Part shown: one piece after another, positions 26,737-40,584 of the stretch
Numbering within the stretch: the first letter of the stretch is position 1
Layout: each line of letters starts with the position of its first letter
Assembly: GCA_973895155.1 (NCBI GenBank)
Contig: OZ316896.1
Location: 19,394,754-19,458,753 of the forward strand
Length of the DNA stretch: 64,000 nt
Reading direction: 5' to 3'
Source of the DNA: Marsupella aquatica
Lineage: Eukaryota > Plantae > Marchantiophyta
Program-made: the position numbers and the translations under genes
Notes under the pieces: model-generated
Told to the model about the DNA's origin: nothing
The model's input: the letters and a program-made list of their open reading frames with translations, nothing else
The model's database searches: none

Positions 26737-29700
26737 ATTTGTAAATCTGCATCACCATGCATCGGACGCACGCGGACGTCCTTGCGAAGGATTCCGAAGG
26801 CCTTCAGAAATCAATTTTGCAGATGTATTGTATATTAGATATAATTATCCTTAGGTGTGTAGGCGCAGATTCACATCGACACGAAGAGATTATCTTTCAG
26901 TTCGACATGTACATATAGGACATTACGTCGATTTCCCTGCGTAAATCCAAATGTCAGTAGTTATCTCAGCCTGTAAGAAGCAGGATCACTCATAGTGAAT
27001 ACTCTCAATTTATTTTACAAAACGCCTTCTGTTGTCTTGTGACAGTACGTTGGACAAATTCATACCTCGATCTTACTTTAATGCTGCATTTTCATGTCCC
27101 ATACAATTTCTAAAAACGTTTGGCGAACAAGTCCAAGATAATGATAATCATACAGACTTAATATCAAGAAGAGAGGAGTTGAGGTACCGTAGTGTTGTGC
27201 AGAAATGGCACACACTTTCCGCCACGGTCGTGTCTAATAGCTATATATCACGAAAACTATGGAGAGAACAAAGTAACGCTATAGAATCAAGCAACGCTGT
27301 AGGATAACGATGTGTGGAGTGTGGACGTAAATTTGTTAAATTTTAGTTTGGGGGAACGGTAAATTCCGCAGGAGAACACCGGACCTACGGTCTGCTCGAT
27401 CGAAGGCGAGCAACAAGGCCAAAGCAGGCCAAAGCAGGCCCAAGGCAGACAACCAAAGCAAACGGGTTCGTTCAAGGCTAATTTACGAGGTCACAGCAGC
27501 TCTGAGAAAAGCGCCGCCGGGAACGCTGAGACCTGCGACAATAATAGCGAACTTGGCAGCGATCACAACGACGGGCCAACCCGACACTGAACCTATGAAG
27601 CAAAAGTTAAACGATGTGCACAGGTGCCACACGCTGGATCCGCTTGGACAAACTCAAGAAACCATCAGTTTGCGCTGAACTTAGGAGTACTTTACAAAGA
27701 CGTCGGGTGCACTTTGGGAGTTTTTTTCACCAAAGCAAACTGGAGGGCCATTGCAAACTAAATATATTGTGTCCCTAGGCTTTGCAATTTTTGAATCCCC
27801 TTGGAGGAGAGATATATTTGAGGGGCCACCAAAATCAGAAGTGTTACATGGTGGCCACCATGAATGATATAATACCAGGGTAATAATAGACCTTAGGTCA
27901 ACAATAAAACCAATAATGATAGACCTTAGAGCCTAAAGTAAGGGCCATCTTGCATGTGAGGGTCCCCAAATTATCAGGTGGCACATGCTTACTCTTTGAG
28001 CCTTTCCTGCCTCACCCTCCTCGTGTGCCAGTTCCATTCCTGCATGCCTCACCCTCCCCGTGTGCCAGTCCTTACGGGAGCAATTCAGTTTTTCAAGGGC
28101 AAGGGCCGGAAACTTTACGACCCTTCACGGTCCTGACCTTTCCGGGGGCCTTTCAAATTCATAAACAGCAAAAATACAGTGCTAACGACAAAGGGGTTAA
28201 AACGACAAACTAAGGAGGAAATGGGAGCATTGCACGTATTGCCTTGGAGGATTGGCTTTGATTTGGTGGTACACACTTTCCCATCTTTTGTGGGCAAGGA
28301 AGGGCCACATTTTAAAGGACTCTTGCACCTGCAAGACAAACCCTAAAGCCAAGATGGACTGAGGGGTTTGCTTGAAGCCCCCATAAATTTCCAAAGCTAG
28401 GATGAACTGAACTCGGGACTGAACTCAGAACATCAAAATAGACTCGGATAACACTCTTTAAAATTTTGACTCATATGTGACTTCTAAATTGTGGTTCACT
28501 CAAGCTACTCAGGGCGTCCTTCATAAAAGTGAACAGTTCTTTCCCAAAGTGAGAAGTTGGTGTTCATCCAAGTACTAAGGGAGTCCTTCACAAAAGTGAA
28601 GTGTCTGTTGGCAATTAGTTTTTAATACGTGACCATCTTTGCCCTCATCAGCGATGGACCAAATGGTTTCAGAAAAAAATGGAACTTTGTTAGGTAATAG
28701 ATTGGACATCAGAAAATATGCTTTGGAAATTTTGGAGTTGCAACAGAGATCCAAAAGTTGTTTAAAGAAATGCACAAGCTTGCTAAAAACTAGCATTTTA
28801 CAGTTGGTCGAGACACCTGGAAAAATACTCGGGGTGTGCTTCTCAAAATTGAAGCATCGAAGGTTCTTAAGATAGCCCGACAATGTGGATTTTGGGTGTA
28901 AAGTGAAGCCATGTGTGTCACAGTCCATGGGGATGGGCTGAACAAACCCCTTGGCGGCATGCGGGCTTAAATTTCCCTAGAGCAAAGTACCCAAAAACCT
29001 TAGATCAATGTAAGTAATAACTCATTCGATGCATTGCTTATGTTGATAGACCATAAATCAAAGTACTCAAAAACTCAATAGACCTGAAATCAACCTATAA
29101 AACTCATGGATCCATTGAGTAATGCACTTCAATTTGGAGGTCCATTGGGGGGTCCATCAAGTATATCATTCTCTTTCACTTTTGCAACAACAAATATATT
29201 AACTAAAATGACAATAGTTTTGTACTTACAATCACGCAACCAAAACCCAAAACAATGACACTTCGGCAATCATAGCATGGTTGCACTGGGGGTTTGCACA
29301 AATGTTACCGTGGGAATGACACCATTTGATTGTCTCAAGTATATATATCTTTGTCACACCTTGACATTGGTGTGCAACTCATGAGTATTGTCAAACCAAC
29401 AACAATATGGGTGCTATGATCATTGTGCAATGCATGGACCTTCAATGGGCTATATAATTATACTCAAACCCCTTGCATGTAATAGAAAACACTTGGATCC
29501 TATGGGCATTGAACATATTCTCATATTTGATTTTAAGCATCTTATGCATTATGTCTCTGTTTTGATGATTGACTTATATTCTGCACCTCATTCCTCACAC
29601 TAAATTTGCACACTTGACAACCTGATCTTAATTACGCATAATATGTCTTAAGTAATAACTCCCTTGACCGTAATTTTGCATAATATGTCAATAACTTAGT

Positions 29701-29764
29701 AACTTCCTTGCCTCAGCTGCATTTCTTTGAAAATGTGCAATATATGCACAAGCATCAGGCTAGT

Positions 29765-30108
29765 TGTTGAGCATAGACGACATTCGCAACGGCAAGCCCA
29801 TGAACCATCCAACGTACAATAGTCGACACAGAGAAATACGTGGTTCACCTCCACATGAGGCTACGTCCACGGGAACACACAAGAGCTTTACTGCACTCTA
29901 GGCCGACCGGCCATACCAAGCATCCACAGCACAAGCTCTCCCTATCTCTCAACTAGCTCCGTAACAATGAGCCTAAGTTCCACCAGGGTCTGGCATCAGC
30001 CCTGGCTATATGCACAACAGCACTACAGCTAACCTTAGCTAGGTCCTAACCCGAGTTAGCTTAACTGTGGTTAGCACAAGAGTCACAAGACTAGAGCAAT
30101 ATCTAACA
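29765..30108 (-). repeat. 3' LTR of the copia element
   Basis: Direct repeat of 36120-36463, adjacent to the PPT. Confidence 0.97.
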
Positions 30109-30316
30109 AACTCCCCCTTGACTCTTGTCTTGGGGACTGGACTAAATGCTACCATATGGAATCCTCAGCGGGAAGTTCTAGACAATCACCAAACCAGGTC
30201 TCCCCCTAAAAAACCACAAGGGTTAACTAAGGGTTAACTAGAACTAAGCCGTAGCCTAACAGGAATGAGTAATCCATATACAAATAGTCACACATTGCTA
30301 AATAACTCTACTTGCA

Positions 30317-33300
30317 CTACAACTGCAAAACCTGCAAAGTAGCACGGTGTCTTGAGAAACTCTCCAAAGGAATCACTTTGGTAAAGGCATCAGCGGGATT
30401 GAGCTTTCCATCAATCTTGACTAGCTCAAAAGTTTTATCAGACACTGCTTGCTTGATAAAATGGTACCTGATATCAATGTGTTTCACCCTGCTATCCATC
30501 ACCTGGTTAGCAGCCAAGTGAAGAGCACTTTGACTATCACAGTTTAGAGTCATTTTTCCATGCTCTAAACCCATCTCCGCGATCAACTTATCCAACCAAA
30601 TTGCTTCCTTTGTAGCTTCTGCTGCTGCAACATACTCTGCTTCTGTAGTAGACTGAGATATGCACTTCTGCAAGGTAGATTTCCAACTGATACATCCTCC
30701 TCCAAGAGTGTATACAAACCCAGTTGTAGATCTCCTTGTATCCAGACAGCCTCCATAGTCAGAATCTACATAGCCAACTAACGTTCTATTTGATCTGTTA
30801 TCAAATAGTAATCCATAGTCCTGTGTTCCCTTCACATACCTGAGAATCCATTTCACAGCTTCCCAATGTACCTTCCCTGGATTTGACATGAATCTGCTAA
30901 CCTTGCCCATCGCTAGGGCCAAGTCAGGCCTAGTACAAGTCATCAAATACATCAGACTGCCTACTGCCTTCTCATAAGGAATCTTAGCCATCAGACCTTT
31001 CTCCACAGCATCCGTAGGAGAGAAAGCTGATGATAACTTGAAATGTGAAGCTAAAGGAATACTCACTGGCTTACAGTTCTCCATGTTGAATCGTGCAAGT
31101 ACTTTCCTCGCATACTGGCCTTGACTCAAGCACAACTGTCTAGTCTCAGAGTTCCTAAAAATCTCCATCCCTAAGATCCTCTTGGCCTTACCAAGATCCT
31201 TCATCCTGAATTCAGCGCTCAATTTCGCCTTGAGACTATCAACCTCAGATTGATCTTTAGCCACAATTAGCATGTCATCCACATAGATCACCAGAATGAT
31301 GAAACCAAATACATCATTCTTGACTGATTTTGTATACACACAAGGATCATACACCATCCTTGTAAAACCTTGAGCAAGCATGAAATCATCAAACCGCTTG
31401 TTCCACTGTCTGGGAGACTGCTTCAATCCATACAAGGATTTGAGCAATCTGCAAACTAAGTTCTCTTGGCCCTTCTTCATAAAGCCTAGTGGCTGTCTCA
31501 TGAAGATCATCTCTTCCAAGTTGCCATAGAGAAAAGCAGTAACAACATCCATCTGATCCATCACCAGATTAAAAAACACAATAAGCTGACACAAGATCCG
31601 AATTGTGGAATACTTAGCCACCGGTGAAAAGACCTCATTGTAATCGACTCCTTTCTCCTGAGTGAACCCCTTGGCAACAAGCCTTGCCTTGTAGATCTTA
31701 TCTCCACCCTCTGAAGGACTGTCCTTCAACTTGTAAATCCACTTGTTGTCCACCACTTGTTGACCTTTTGGAAGCTCCACCAGCTCCCATGTCTTGTTGT
31801 CACTCAAAGATTGCAACTCCCTCTGCATTGCTCTATTCCACTCATGCTTCTGCTCTGAAGCACAAGCCTCACTATACGAAGAAGGCTCTCCTTCTTCCAA
31901 GATCAAAGCCATATCATCTTCATCAGGTGCAATGTCAATATCATCTAGCTTAGATGAGTCTGCCCATTGATCATACCTGGTAGGAGCTCTAGTAGAACGA
32001 CTGGAAGTTCTTCTAGTAGATGACTCAAGTTGATCTGTTGCTGCTGCTGGTTGAATTTGAGGTACCCCAGCAACAATTTGCTCCTCTTGTTCCATCACAG
32101 GAACCAGCTCCAAGCCCGAAGCTTCTCCATCTCTCCTGTCATGAACTGCATCATGACTAATCTCCCCCTCAACCCGGTCCGGGATGGGAGATTTCCCCTT
32201 GTCAGTATGGGAGTCCTGAGAACTCTCCCCCTCCTTTGATGATCTGGATTCATTAAAGGACACATCTCTACTGACAATTAGCTTACAGGTTACTGGATCC
32301 CATAACCTATAACCCTTCACACCTTTATGATAACCAAGGAAAATGCACTTCTTCGACTTGGAGTCTAGTTTGGATCGAAGCTGGGAAGGTGTAAGCACAT
32401 AAGCATCACATCCAAAAATCCTCAGATGTGAGTAATCTGTTGGACGCCCGTACCTCATTTCAAATGGCGTCTTGAATCCAATAGAACTGGATGGAGAAAA
32501 ATTTACCAAATAAGGTGCAGTGTTGACAGCTTCAGCCCAAAACTCATGTGGTAAGCATGATTGACTCAACATACTCCTCGAGCGGTCCAATAGTGTTCGG
32601 TTGAGTCTCTCAGAAACACCATTCTGCTGAGGAGTATAGCTTGTTGTGAGATGGTGGGTAATCCCCTGCTCCTTACAATACATTCCAAATTCACCGGAAC
32701 TGTATTCACCGCCGTTATCCGATCGAAGATATCTCACCTTATTACCAGTCTGATTTTCAACTTGGGCTTTCCACTCCTTAAAAGTGGCAAAAACATCAGA
32801 TTTATTGTGTAGAAAGTATATCCACACATACCTTGAGTAATCGTCAATGAACGTGACATAGTATAACCGTCCAGAATGTGAGGGAGTAGGGGCGGGACCC
32901 CACACATCACTATGTACATACTCAAGTACCTCCTTGCTGGTGTGAGTTCCAACTCCGAAGGGTTTCCTGTGCTGCTTCCCTAGCACACAGTGCTCACAAA
33001 ATTCCAACTTACAAGATTGCAAATTAGAAAGTAATCCTTTCTTCTGAAGAATAACCAAACCTTTTTCACTCATGTGGCCCAAACAGAAGTGCCACAGTCG
33101 GGCCGTCTCCTCATGAGATAAGGTTACATTGGCTTCATCACAAACTACACTGCCCTCCATAATGTATAGATTGCAATGTCTCTTTCCCTTCAATACAACT
33201 TTAGTACCAGTTGAAACCTGAAGGACACCATTAGCAGAACTCCACTGATGGCCATTTGCCTCTAAAACTCCAAGTGAAATGAGATTTTTCATCATGCTGG

Positions 33301-33535
33301 GAATATGTCTCACATTCCTCAATGTTCTCATAGCACCATCAAACATCTAAAATCTTACAGATCCAAGTCCAACAACTTGACATGGGATTCCATTTCCCAT
33401 CAACAGTGACCCGTTGGAAACCGTGTAAGAACTGAAATAATCTCTTCTAGAGCAAATATGAAAAGTACATGCACTATCTAGAATCCAGTCATCACTACCT
33501 GGATTTGACACTACGTTGAGAGCATAACCTTGACA
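30317..33535 (-). CDS. pol: Copia pol (protease-integrase-RT-RNase H), interrupted by an in-frame TAG within the protease region
   Basis: WILDSACTFHIC protease motif upstream of the TAG at 33347-33349. Integrase WH..LGH..CEHC, VHSDVWG, LRSDNGGEY and QNGVSER. RT YKARLVAKG, MDVVTAFL and YVDDML. RNase H DSDYGG, CDSQSA and KHIDIRYH. Confidence 0.93.
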
Positions 33536-34600
33536 TCACAATATGTCATCATCATCGAGTAAATCTACCTCATGCGAGCTTGATGCTGCGTTAGCAGAGG
33601 CAGTAGGGACCTTTACTCGACAATCCCTTTTCATGTGGCCTGGCTTGCCACAATTCCAATATGCAAGAGGCTTCCTCTCTTGCGATTTTCCTCTGGATTT
33701 AGATCTCCTCCGTGATGTAGATCTAAACCTGTTCTGCCCATTCGTGCGCTGCGTTGCTCTTCCCCTGTTCACATTGAGCGCAGTGCCAGAAGAAGATGTT
33801 GTCTGTGATTGACCCAGCTTCTTCTGAGCATCATCAGACAGTAAAGAGCTTACCACCTCATTATACGAAATGGACTTCAGATCTCTGTACAAGAGCACTT
33901 GTTTCAAGCCCTGATATGACGGCGGTAAGGAGCTTAGCAGAAGCAAGGCCTTATCCTCATCTTCAACTCCTTTTCCTAGGTTTGACAGATCAACCGCTAG
34001 ACTGTCAAACTCATCCAGGTGATCCTGCATCTTGCTCCCTTCCTTGAGCCTGAGGCTCATCAAGAGAGACTTCTTGTACAGTCGGTCTGACGCATCTTCC
34101 CGGTAGTACTTCTCTCTTAGAGCCTTGAATAGTGACGCGCAATCCGCATAATCATCCAGCTGCTTGATGATGTGCGGCTTGAGATATAGCATCACTGCAT
34201 TGACAGCAATCACCTGCTCCTGTCTCCATTGCCTCACTGAAATCTCCTCCTCTCCATCATACTGCTCTCGCGATGAAAGCAGATGAGCTAAGCCCATGGC
34301 CCGTAGAACACCCTTCACTTGCTTCTCCCAGAGCAAGTAATCAGTACGACCATCGTACTTCTCCACCTCAAACTTCACTCCTCCAAATCTAGCCATCTCC
34401 CTCTTCTTCCCTACTACCGACAGCTCTGGTAGTAACACAGCTTCCTCCACTGCACGCCGCACCGGTGATCGTACCGGTGTTATAAGTTCCTCCTCAAATG
34501 GTAGCAGCTCCTCCTCAGATTCTCCGTCTGACCGTCGCGATCCTGAAGCTCCACCGACGCCAATTCTTCCAGTATCCTCCGAGTCACTCATATGAAACAA
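33536..34600 (-). CDS. gag: Copia gag
   Basis: KFEVEKYDGRTDYLLW, LLLLSSLPPSY and zinc knuckle (Y)WNCGKPGHMKRDC with the first Cys mutated. Ends in a TGA that is in frame with pol. Start codon uncertain. Confidence 0.9.
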   Translation of the reverse strand: MFHMSDSEDTGRIGVGGASGSRRSDGESEEELLPFEEELITPVRSPVRRAVEEAVLLPELSVVGKKREMARFGGVKFEVEKYDGRTDYLLWEKQVKGVLRAMGLAHLLSSREQYDGEEEISVRQWRQEQVIAVNAVMLYLKPHIIKQLDDYADCASLFKALREKYYREDASDRLYKKSLLMSLRLKEGSKMQDHLDEFDSLAVDLSNLGKGVEDEDKALLLLSSLPPSYQGLKQVLLYRDLKSISYNEVVSSLLSDDAQKKLGQSQTTSSSGTALNVNRGRATQRTNGQNRFRSTSRRRSKSRGKSQERKPLAYWNCGKPGHMKRDCRVKVPTASANAASSSHEVDLLDDDDIL

Positions 34601-36119
34601 TCATGAAAAAACGTCTTTTTTCAAAACTTCTCATAAAACTCAAAACTCAACACCGCCGCGTAGCCCATGAAGCTAGGAGTCCAATACTGAAATCCAAAAT
34701 CAAAATCAAAATTCGACGAAAAAGTTATTCAAATTTCGGTCGGGGTGGGTAAAACCTTAGGAAACTCCCCCGTTTTGACCACCTCGGAGAATAACCAAAA
34801 TACCCAGTATAACCCGTCGTTGGAATTGCGATGTGATCGGTGCGCCACGTTGCCAACTCCAGTGGCAACGTCCTCACCAAAAAAGAACCAAAAAAGTTAC
34901 CGTGCGGGGACGGAATCTTTGTGTGACGGCCGAAAAATAGCTCTCTGTTTTTCAGGAATATTCCCGCACAGTCCAACAGGGCTCACAGGGGGCCGTTCCC
35001 CCTGTCGGAGCAGTTAAAACGGAGGGTCACAGGGCCCGGGATGAGGCACAACCAATGAGGAGGAGGAGAGAAAAAAAAATTCAGAAAAACACACTCTAAA
35101 GGGGTCTTAAAGCCCCTGGCAAAGGCGCGCGTATTCGCGGTATCGCGCGCGTATTCGCGGCCAGAATCGTGTATAAACAGCAAAAAACGTGAAAAAATGG
35201 GTTTAAAGGGGTCAAAATGCGCGTATTTTCACGTTTTTGGGCCGCATATGGGCGTTTTTGGCCGTATTTGGGCCCAAAAAAGCACGTTTTCACGCTTAAA
35301 GGGGTGTGGGAGGCCGGTGTGCGCGCCGGGGCGTATGGCGAACCTGGTTTGTCGGGTATTGGGGCCGTATTGGGGCAAAAAATGCCCTAAACTAACCTTA
35401 AAAATGTGCCCAAAATGACACAAAGGCCGTGTTACAAACCTCAACCGCCTCCGCTTTGGTTTCCAATGAGAAAAGTGATGACCGCCGACATGAAAATGTT
35501 TCCGAATTGCACCGGCACGTCTGAAGCTCCACCAGAGAAAGAACTTCAGTTGCGTCGCCTTCACTCCGCGTCAAGTGCCAATCCCGGACTCAAAACGACC
35601 GTCTCGCCACGATCTCTCCGTTGAGCCTCAGCACTTCGCGTTTCTTCCTCCGAGTCAAGCGTCACGACAAGTAATCCGGTTCAGGGAAAAACAAGCACCA
35701 TAGCTTGTCAAAAAACCAGAACGCCTCCTTCACTCGTCACGACGCACTCGTTTCGCAAACGTCAGCAAACTAGATACCAAAACGACCAGCACGCTCCAAC
35801 CTTCAACTTGAACTATCACATGCGATGCCCCGCACACCGCATAGCTCACACCGTTGAAGAAATAATCTCTGGTTTCTCCCCCGAAATACCGTCGAACACG
35901 AATAAACCCTGAACGATGCAAACTTCAATTCCTCCGCACCACGGATACCGATCAGCGAGCTCTAACCACCGTTAGAATGCCCTCTCACTAACCTATCCAC
36001 TCAGCCACACACAATCGAGTTTCATGCGACGAAACTCTGAATGTACCATCGACAATGAACGCTGGAAAAACTTGTCACGAAAAAACCTCGTCACCTCCCA
36101 GGCATGCTCTGATACCACT

Positions 36120-36463
36120 TGTTGAGCATAGACGACATTCGCAACGGCAAGCCCATGAACCATCCAACGTACAATAGTCGACACAGAGAGATACGTGGTT
36201 CACCTCCACATGAGGCTACGTCCACGGGAACACACAAGAGCTTTACTGCACTCTAGGTCGACCGGCCATACCAAGCATCCACAGCACAAGCTCTCCCTAT
36301 CTCTCAACTAGCTCTGTAACAATGAGCCTAAGTTCCACCAGGGTCTGGCATCAGCCCTGGCTATATGCACAACAGCACTACAGTTAACCTTAGCTAGGTC
36401 CTAACCCGAGTTAGCTTAACTGTGGTTAGCACAAGAGTCACAAGACTAGAGCAATATCTAACA
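36120..36463 (-). repeat. 5' LTR of the copia element
   Basis: Direct repeat of 29765-30108, adjacent to the PBS. Confidence 0.97.
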
Positions 36464-38225
36464 CTAGTGACTTAATAATGTCATAGTATTCTTCTAAAGA
36501 AATTTTGGGTTAAATATTGAAACCCTCATATTTATTCTATCAGTTCTTGGGCAGTGCCATTATCTTGAGTGCCATTATCTTGATATTTAATCACACACTT
36601 TCTTGGGCACTGGGATGATCTTAAATGATAATTGTGTGAGGACTATAAACTTACTAGGAGAATGTGTAATGATAAGTGTACAGGGCATTCAAACATAGAG
36701 AGGACAATGATGAGTACATCTAGTGGGGTGGTACAGGGTATAACTTCATTTGAAAAGATTTTAGCTAGAGTCTTTTGAGCCTTCACTTAAAGTCACAATT
36801 TTGCTCTCAAATCAGGGTCTTGTTAATCGTCAACTAGCCCAAATGCCCTAGGAAATAAATAACTTCCTTGGTCTTCCCAACGTCTTTGGAACGTACCTCC
36901 TCAACGTTTGATCCATCAATTTGCATATGAAAAATATCCCCAAGATGTGCGAGTGGAACAAATTAATTCAAACCATGAAAGAAACACATGACCTCAAAAG
37001 ACCCTTTAACCAACTACAAATGAACACAAATGTCTAATTTGACATGGCCTTAGTAGCAAGAGATTGATTGATCTCCAGGGGTATTCATTTATTTTCTTTC
37101 TACCCATCAAGTAATATAAGGTTTGTTTATTGAGTTCAAAAAAATACTTTTGATTTCCTGAAAAAATATTAGTGTTTTTAAAATACAAATTATTCCAAAA
37201 ATTTATTCTAAAAATTATAATAAAATATATTTTAGAATAAAATTTGAGAATATTTTAAGAATATTCCAAAAAGATAGGAATAGAAAATTAATTTAAAAAA
37301 CTTTTAAAATTATTTTTAAAGATATTTAATAACAAAAAAAAATAGAGGTTGTGAGATACTCTTGAGAGTGAGACCCCTGAGATTGATCTATAATGTGGAA
37401 GTGGTCAAAGAACCTTTCCATTAGCAACGTTGCAATTTGCTTTTTGAATTCTTTTAATGCGAAATAATAAAATTGTTTTTTCCTTTGTTGGTTCCTGTGG
37501 ATCGAGCGTCGCTGGCTTCTGTCTCGTGCTGGGTCTTGGTCATGGGTAGAGCAATTGTAGGGTACGAAATTTCCTTTCTGATAAGACAACTTAGCTTTCA
37601 ATTGATTCCTATTTATATCTACTCGAGAATGCTTGAGTTGAGCCCAAATGAGAGGCCTCCAATCTTCTTACGCTATAGCAATTTGCAGGTTCTGGTCATC
37701 CCCGTAAGACCTGGCCTACCCACTGTTACAGTATGGGTCAAGCGCGGGACCTCATACCTTTGGTAGGGACCGAGTGTTAGTATTTAATTGGATGGTTACA
37801 ACTCATAGCCAATGATAACAATTGTCCATGGAACTGGTCTCCTGTCCCGACAATCTCTCCCATACTCACATTCCACAAGAAAATTGCGCTCCTCGTTTCA
37901 GGTGAGATAGAATCAGAGTCTCAGAGAACTCCGATTGAGAGTCCTTCCAAAACGAATTGGACGGCCCACAGAGGTCACACAGCAACTTACTATCAGCGCA
38001 ACGCACCAAACTCTAAAGCAGAAACGGTCACCAGGCTGAGAAGCCGTGCTTGCGCATGGATTATTATTGGAGTCCCATTTCTCAGGTGATGGACGACCGA
38101 AGAAAAGCATGCAAATCAACCCTGCGTCAGTTGGGCCCATCCATCCACATTCTGACTCACAAAAAGGCAATAGACGGACGGTGCCTTAAATCTCGCTCCG
38201 AACTGTTTGCTACCTATGTAGTAGA

Positions 38226-38610
38226 TAGATATATACAACAATGCAAACCAACACAAACGCCAAAACCTGGGCCAAACCGGGAATAGGGTCCCAAACTTAA
38301 GGCATAATAACCCAATAAAGGGAAGGGAAAAAACCAGATAAGACCTAAGTGGCCCAACAGCCAACGTTCCTCACCAAATAATAGACTAAGTGGTTTACTT
38401 GGAAGACTAACACTCTACGAGCTCCTTAATAAACTGCATGAAAGTGTCACCAGGTGAAATTTGCCTAGAGGCCCTAAAACCAACTGATTGGGCTCTAGTA
38501 CCAAGGACAGTGAATAGCTGAGCACTCTGCAGTGCCATGGACACCTTATGTCTAAAGAAGACGGTGAGGACAGAGACAAGGGGATAGGGCCTCCGCTCAA
38601 TAAATACAAG
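38226..38610 (-). mobile_element. Short 3' fragment of a CRE-like non-LTR element
   Basis: ORF 38407-38622 (PLVSVLTVFFRHKVSMALQSAQ..RAQSVG) resembles the end of ORF 18138 (PPLSILTTHFCQRISVTLQRAQ..RSLTVG). It is followed on the minus strand by a T-rich tail ending in TATATAT. Confidence 0.65.
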
Positions 38611-39534
38611 AAAACAACACAAGCCCTAAGGAACGGGTCAAATTAAGGTGGGGTGCAGTGCACCAAAGATCTCAAGAGCGAAATGGTAGAACAAATCCCC
38701 AGGGTACCTAACAACAAAGGCATCCACTGTAACATTCATGTGGCATAATCCAAAAGATTATTCCAATTCTACATTACCAAAATAATCCTGGCATGTTGAT
38801 ATAACTTAATGACATAAAGTTGTGCGTGCCAATGACAATTGAACAGCATAATTATACTATTACGGAGAGTGAGAAAGTGAGCCAAATTGATGAACCTCAG
38901 ATTTTAGGCGGCATTTGGTATTTTGGCTCAAAGGGATTTGTTGGAATTGATCAGTAGAGCACATCTTCCAACAAGGCGTCCTATGCCTTCTCGGGGGTCT
39001 CACTCCGCGAAAATCTCATATCACGTGCGACGAAGTATAGGGTCCGTTAATTGGGTTTCTCGGAAGACTTAAGAAGATTTGTGTAAGAACAATAGGGCCA
39101 ACTTTATATGTTGGACAACTTGTAAGAATAATAGGGATATTAATATTTTTGACTTTGTAGATGGAAGGCATACAAAGAAGTTAGGGGGTCTTTGTGTCGG
39201 ACTATGTAAAGTACACGTGTCACTATGTCATTGGTACACGTGGCACACATAACATTCCCAATATATTTTCCTAATTTTTCTAAGATGTTAACATGGCAAG
39301 AATTTGAGAATGATCTGGTTTTATGGGGACTCACGTTTAGGGTTTGACCGGGATTAAGTTTGAAATTTTTCTGTTTAACGTGTCTCGTTTACCTCAATTG
39401 GCCCTTGTCAGTCCCTCCCGTGTCGTTTCCCTCCACTATCCCTTTGGCCCCACCCGCTCTTTGCCTCAACAGAGTCTCTTTTGTTTGTACCTTGCAGCAA
39501 ATGGCCTAAACGGGGTCTAAACCAGTTGTGCTCC

Positions 39535-40410
39535 TGCTTGGAGTGAAGGTCGGATCGAGCGAGAGTGTGCTCTCGACTGCACTTGGAGTGAAGGTTGGAT
39601 CGAGCGAGAGTGTGCTCTCGACTACACTGTTGCTGGAGTGAAGGATCGACTCCTGTTGTGCTCTCGACTGCACTGCTGCTGCGGCTGGAGTGAAGGATCG
39701 AGCTGCGTTGCTGCTGCGGCTGGAGTGAAGGATCGAGCTGCGGCTGGAGTGAAGGATCGAGCTGCGGCTGGAGTGAAGGATCGAGCTGCGGCTGGAGTGA
39801 AGGATCGAGCTGCGGCTGGAGTGAAGGATCGAGCTGCGTTGCTGCTGCGGCTGGAGTGAAGGATCAAGCAAGATTTCTCGGAGAAGGATCGAGCTGCGTT
39901 GCTGCTGCGGCTGGAGTGAAAGATCAAGCAAGAGTTCTCGGCGAAGGATCGAGCGAAGGAGTGAAGGGGAGAGCGAGAGTGAAGGGGAGAGCGAGAGTTC
40001 TCGGCGAAGGATCGAGCGAAGGATCGAGTGAAGCGCTGCTACTTGGAGTGAAGGGGAGAGCGAGAGTGTTGCGCTCTCGGCTGTGCTGTTGCCGTTGCTG
40101 CTTGAAGTGAAGGATTGACCAAGAGTTCCTGGCTGCGCTGCTGTTTAGAGTGAAGGGGAGAGCGAGACATCTCAGCTGCGCTGCTGCTTAGAGTGAAGGG
40201 GAGAGCGAGACTTCTCAGTTGCGTGCGCTGATTAGAGTGAAGGAGAGAGCGAGACTTCTCAGTTGCGTGTGCTGATTAGAGTGAAGGGGAGAGCGACACT
40301 TTGCAGCTGCGCTGCTGCTTGAAGTGAACCCGGGAGTGAAGGGGAGAGCGAGACTTTGTAGCTGCGCTGCTGCTTGAAGTGAACCCGGGAGTGAAGGATC
40401 GAGCAAGAGT
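39535..40410. repeat. GC-rich tandem/motif array with core GAGTGAAGG (24-bp unit GGCTGGAGTGAAGGATCGAGCTGC and variants) inside the P-like element
   Basis: About 5 consecutive 24-bp units at ~39718-39837, plus many variant units (GAGTGAAGGGGAGAGCGAG) extending to ~40400. Confidence 0.92.
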
Positions 40411-40584
40411 GTTGCGCTCCGGGAGGTGGGTGTCGAGAGTGTTGCATTGCTGCTTTCTAAAACGGGAGCTGCTAGCTTGCTGAAACGGGAGGTGGCTACT
40501 GCAGGGAGTGTTGCGATATCTCAAACCGGAGTGCCAGGATTGGAGCTGCATTGCTGCGTTGCTCAATCGGGAGGTAGGCGCTGC

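Larger units (their letters stand above)
29765..36463 (-). mobile_element. Full-length Ty1/copia LTR retrotransposon
   Basis: 344-bp LTRs (29765-30108 and 36120-36463; TG..CA; about 4 mismatches). 5-bp TSD CTAGT (29760-29764, 36464-36468). PBS TGGTATCAGAGC complementary to tRNA-iMet (36106-36117, minus). PPT AAGGGGGAG next to the 3' LTR. Domain order gag-PR-IN-RT-RH. Confidence 0.98.

Noticed and set aside
39718-39840. Regular repeats considered as a CRISPR-like array (also 53143-53304)
   Set aside because: The units are head-to-tail with no unique spacers, there are no cas genes, and the context is eukaryotic.
39506-40566. Low-complexity ORFs (SSILHSSR / AAAGVKDR repeats)
   Set aside because: They are by-products of the 24-bp tandem array, and the frames are short and broken.
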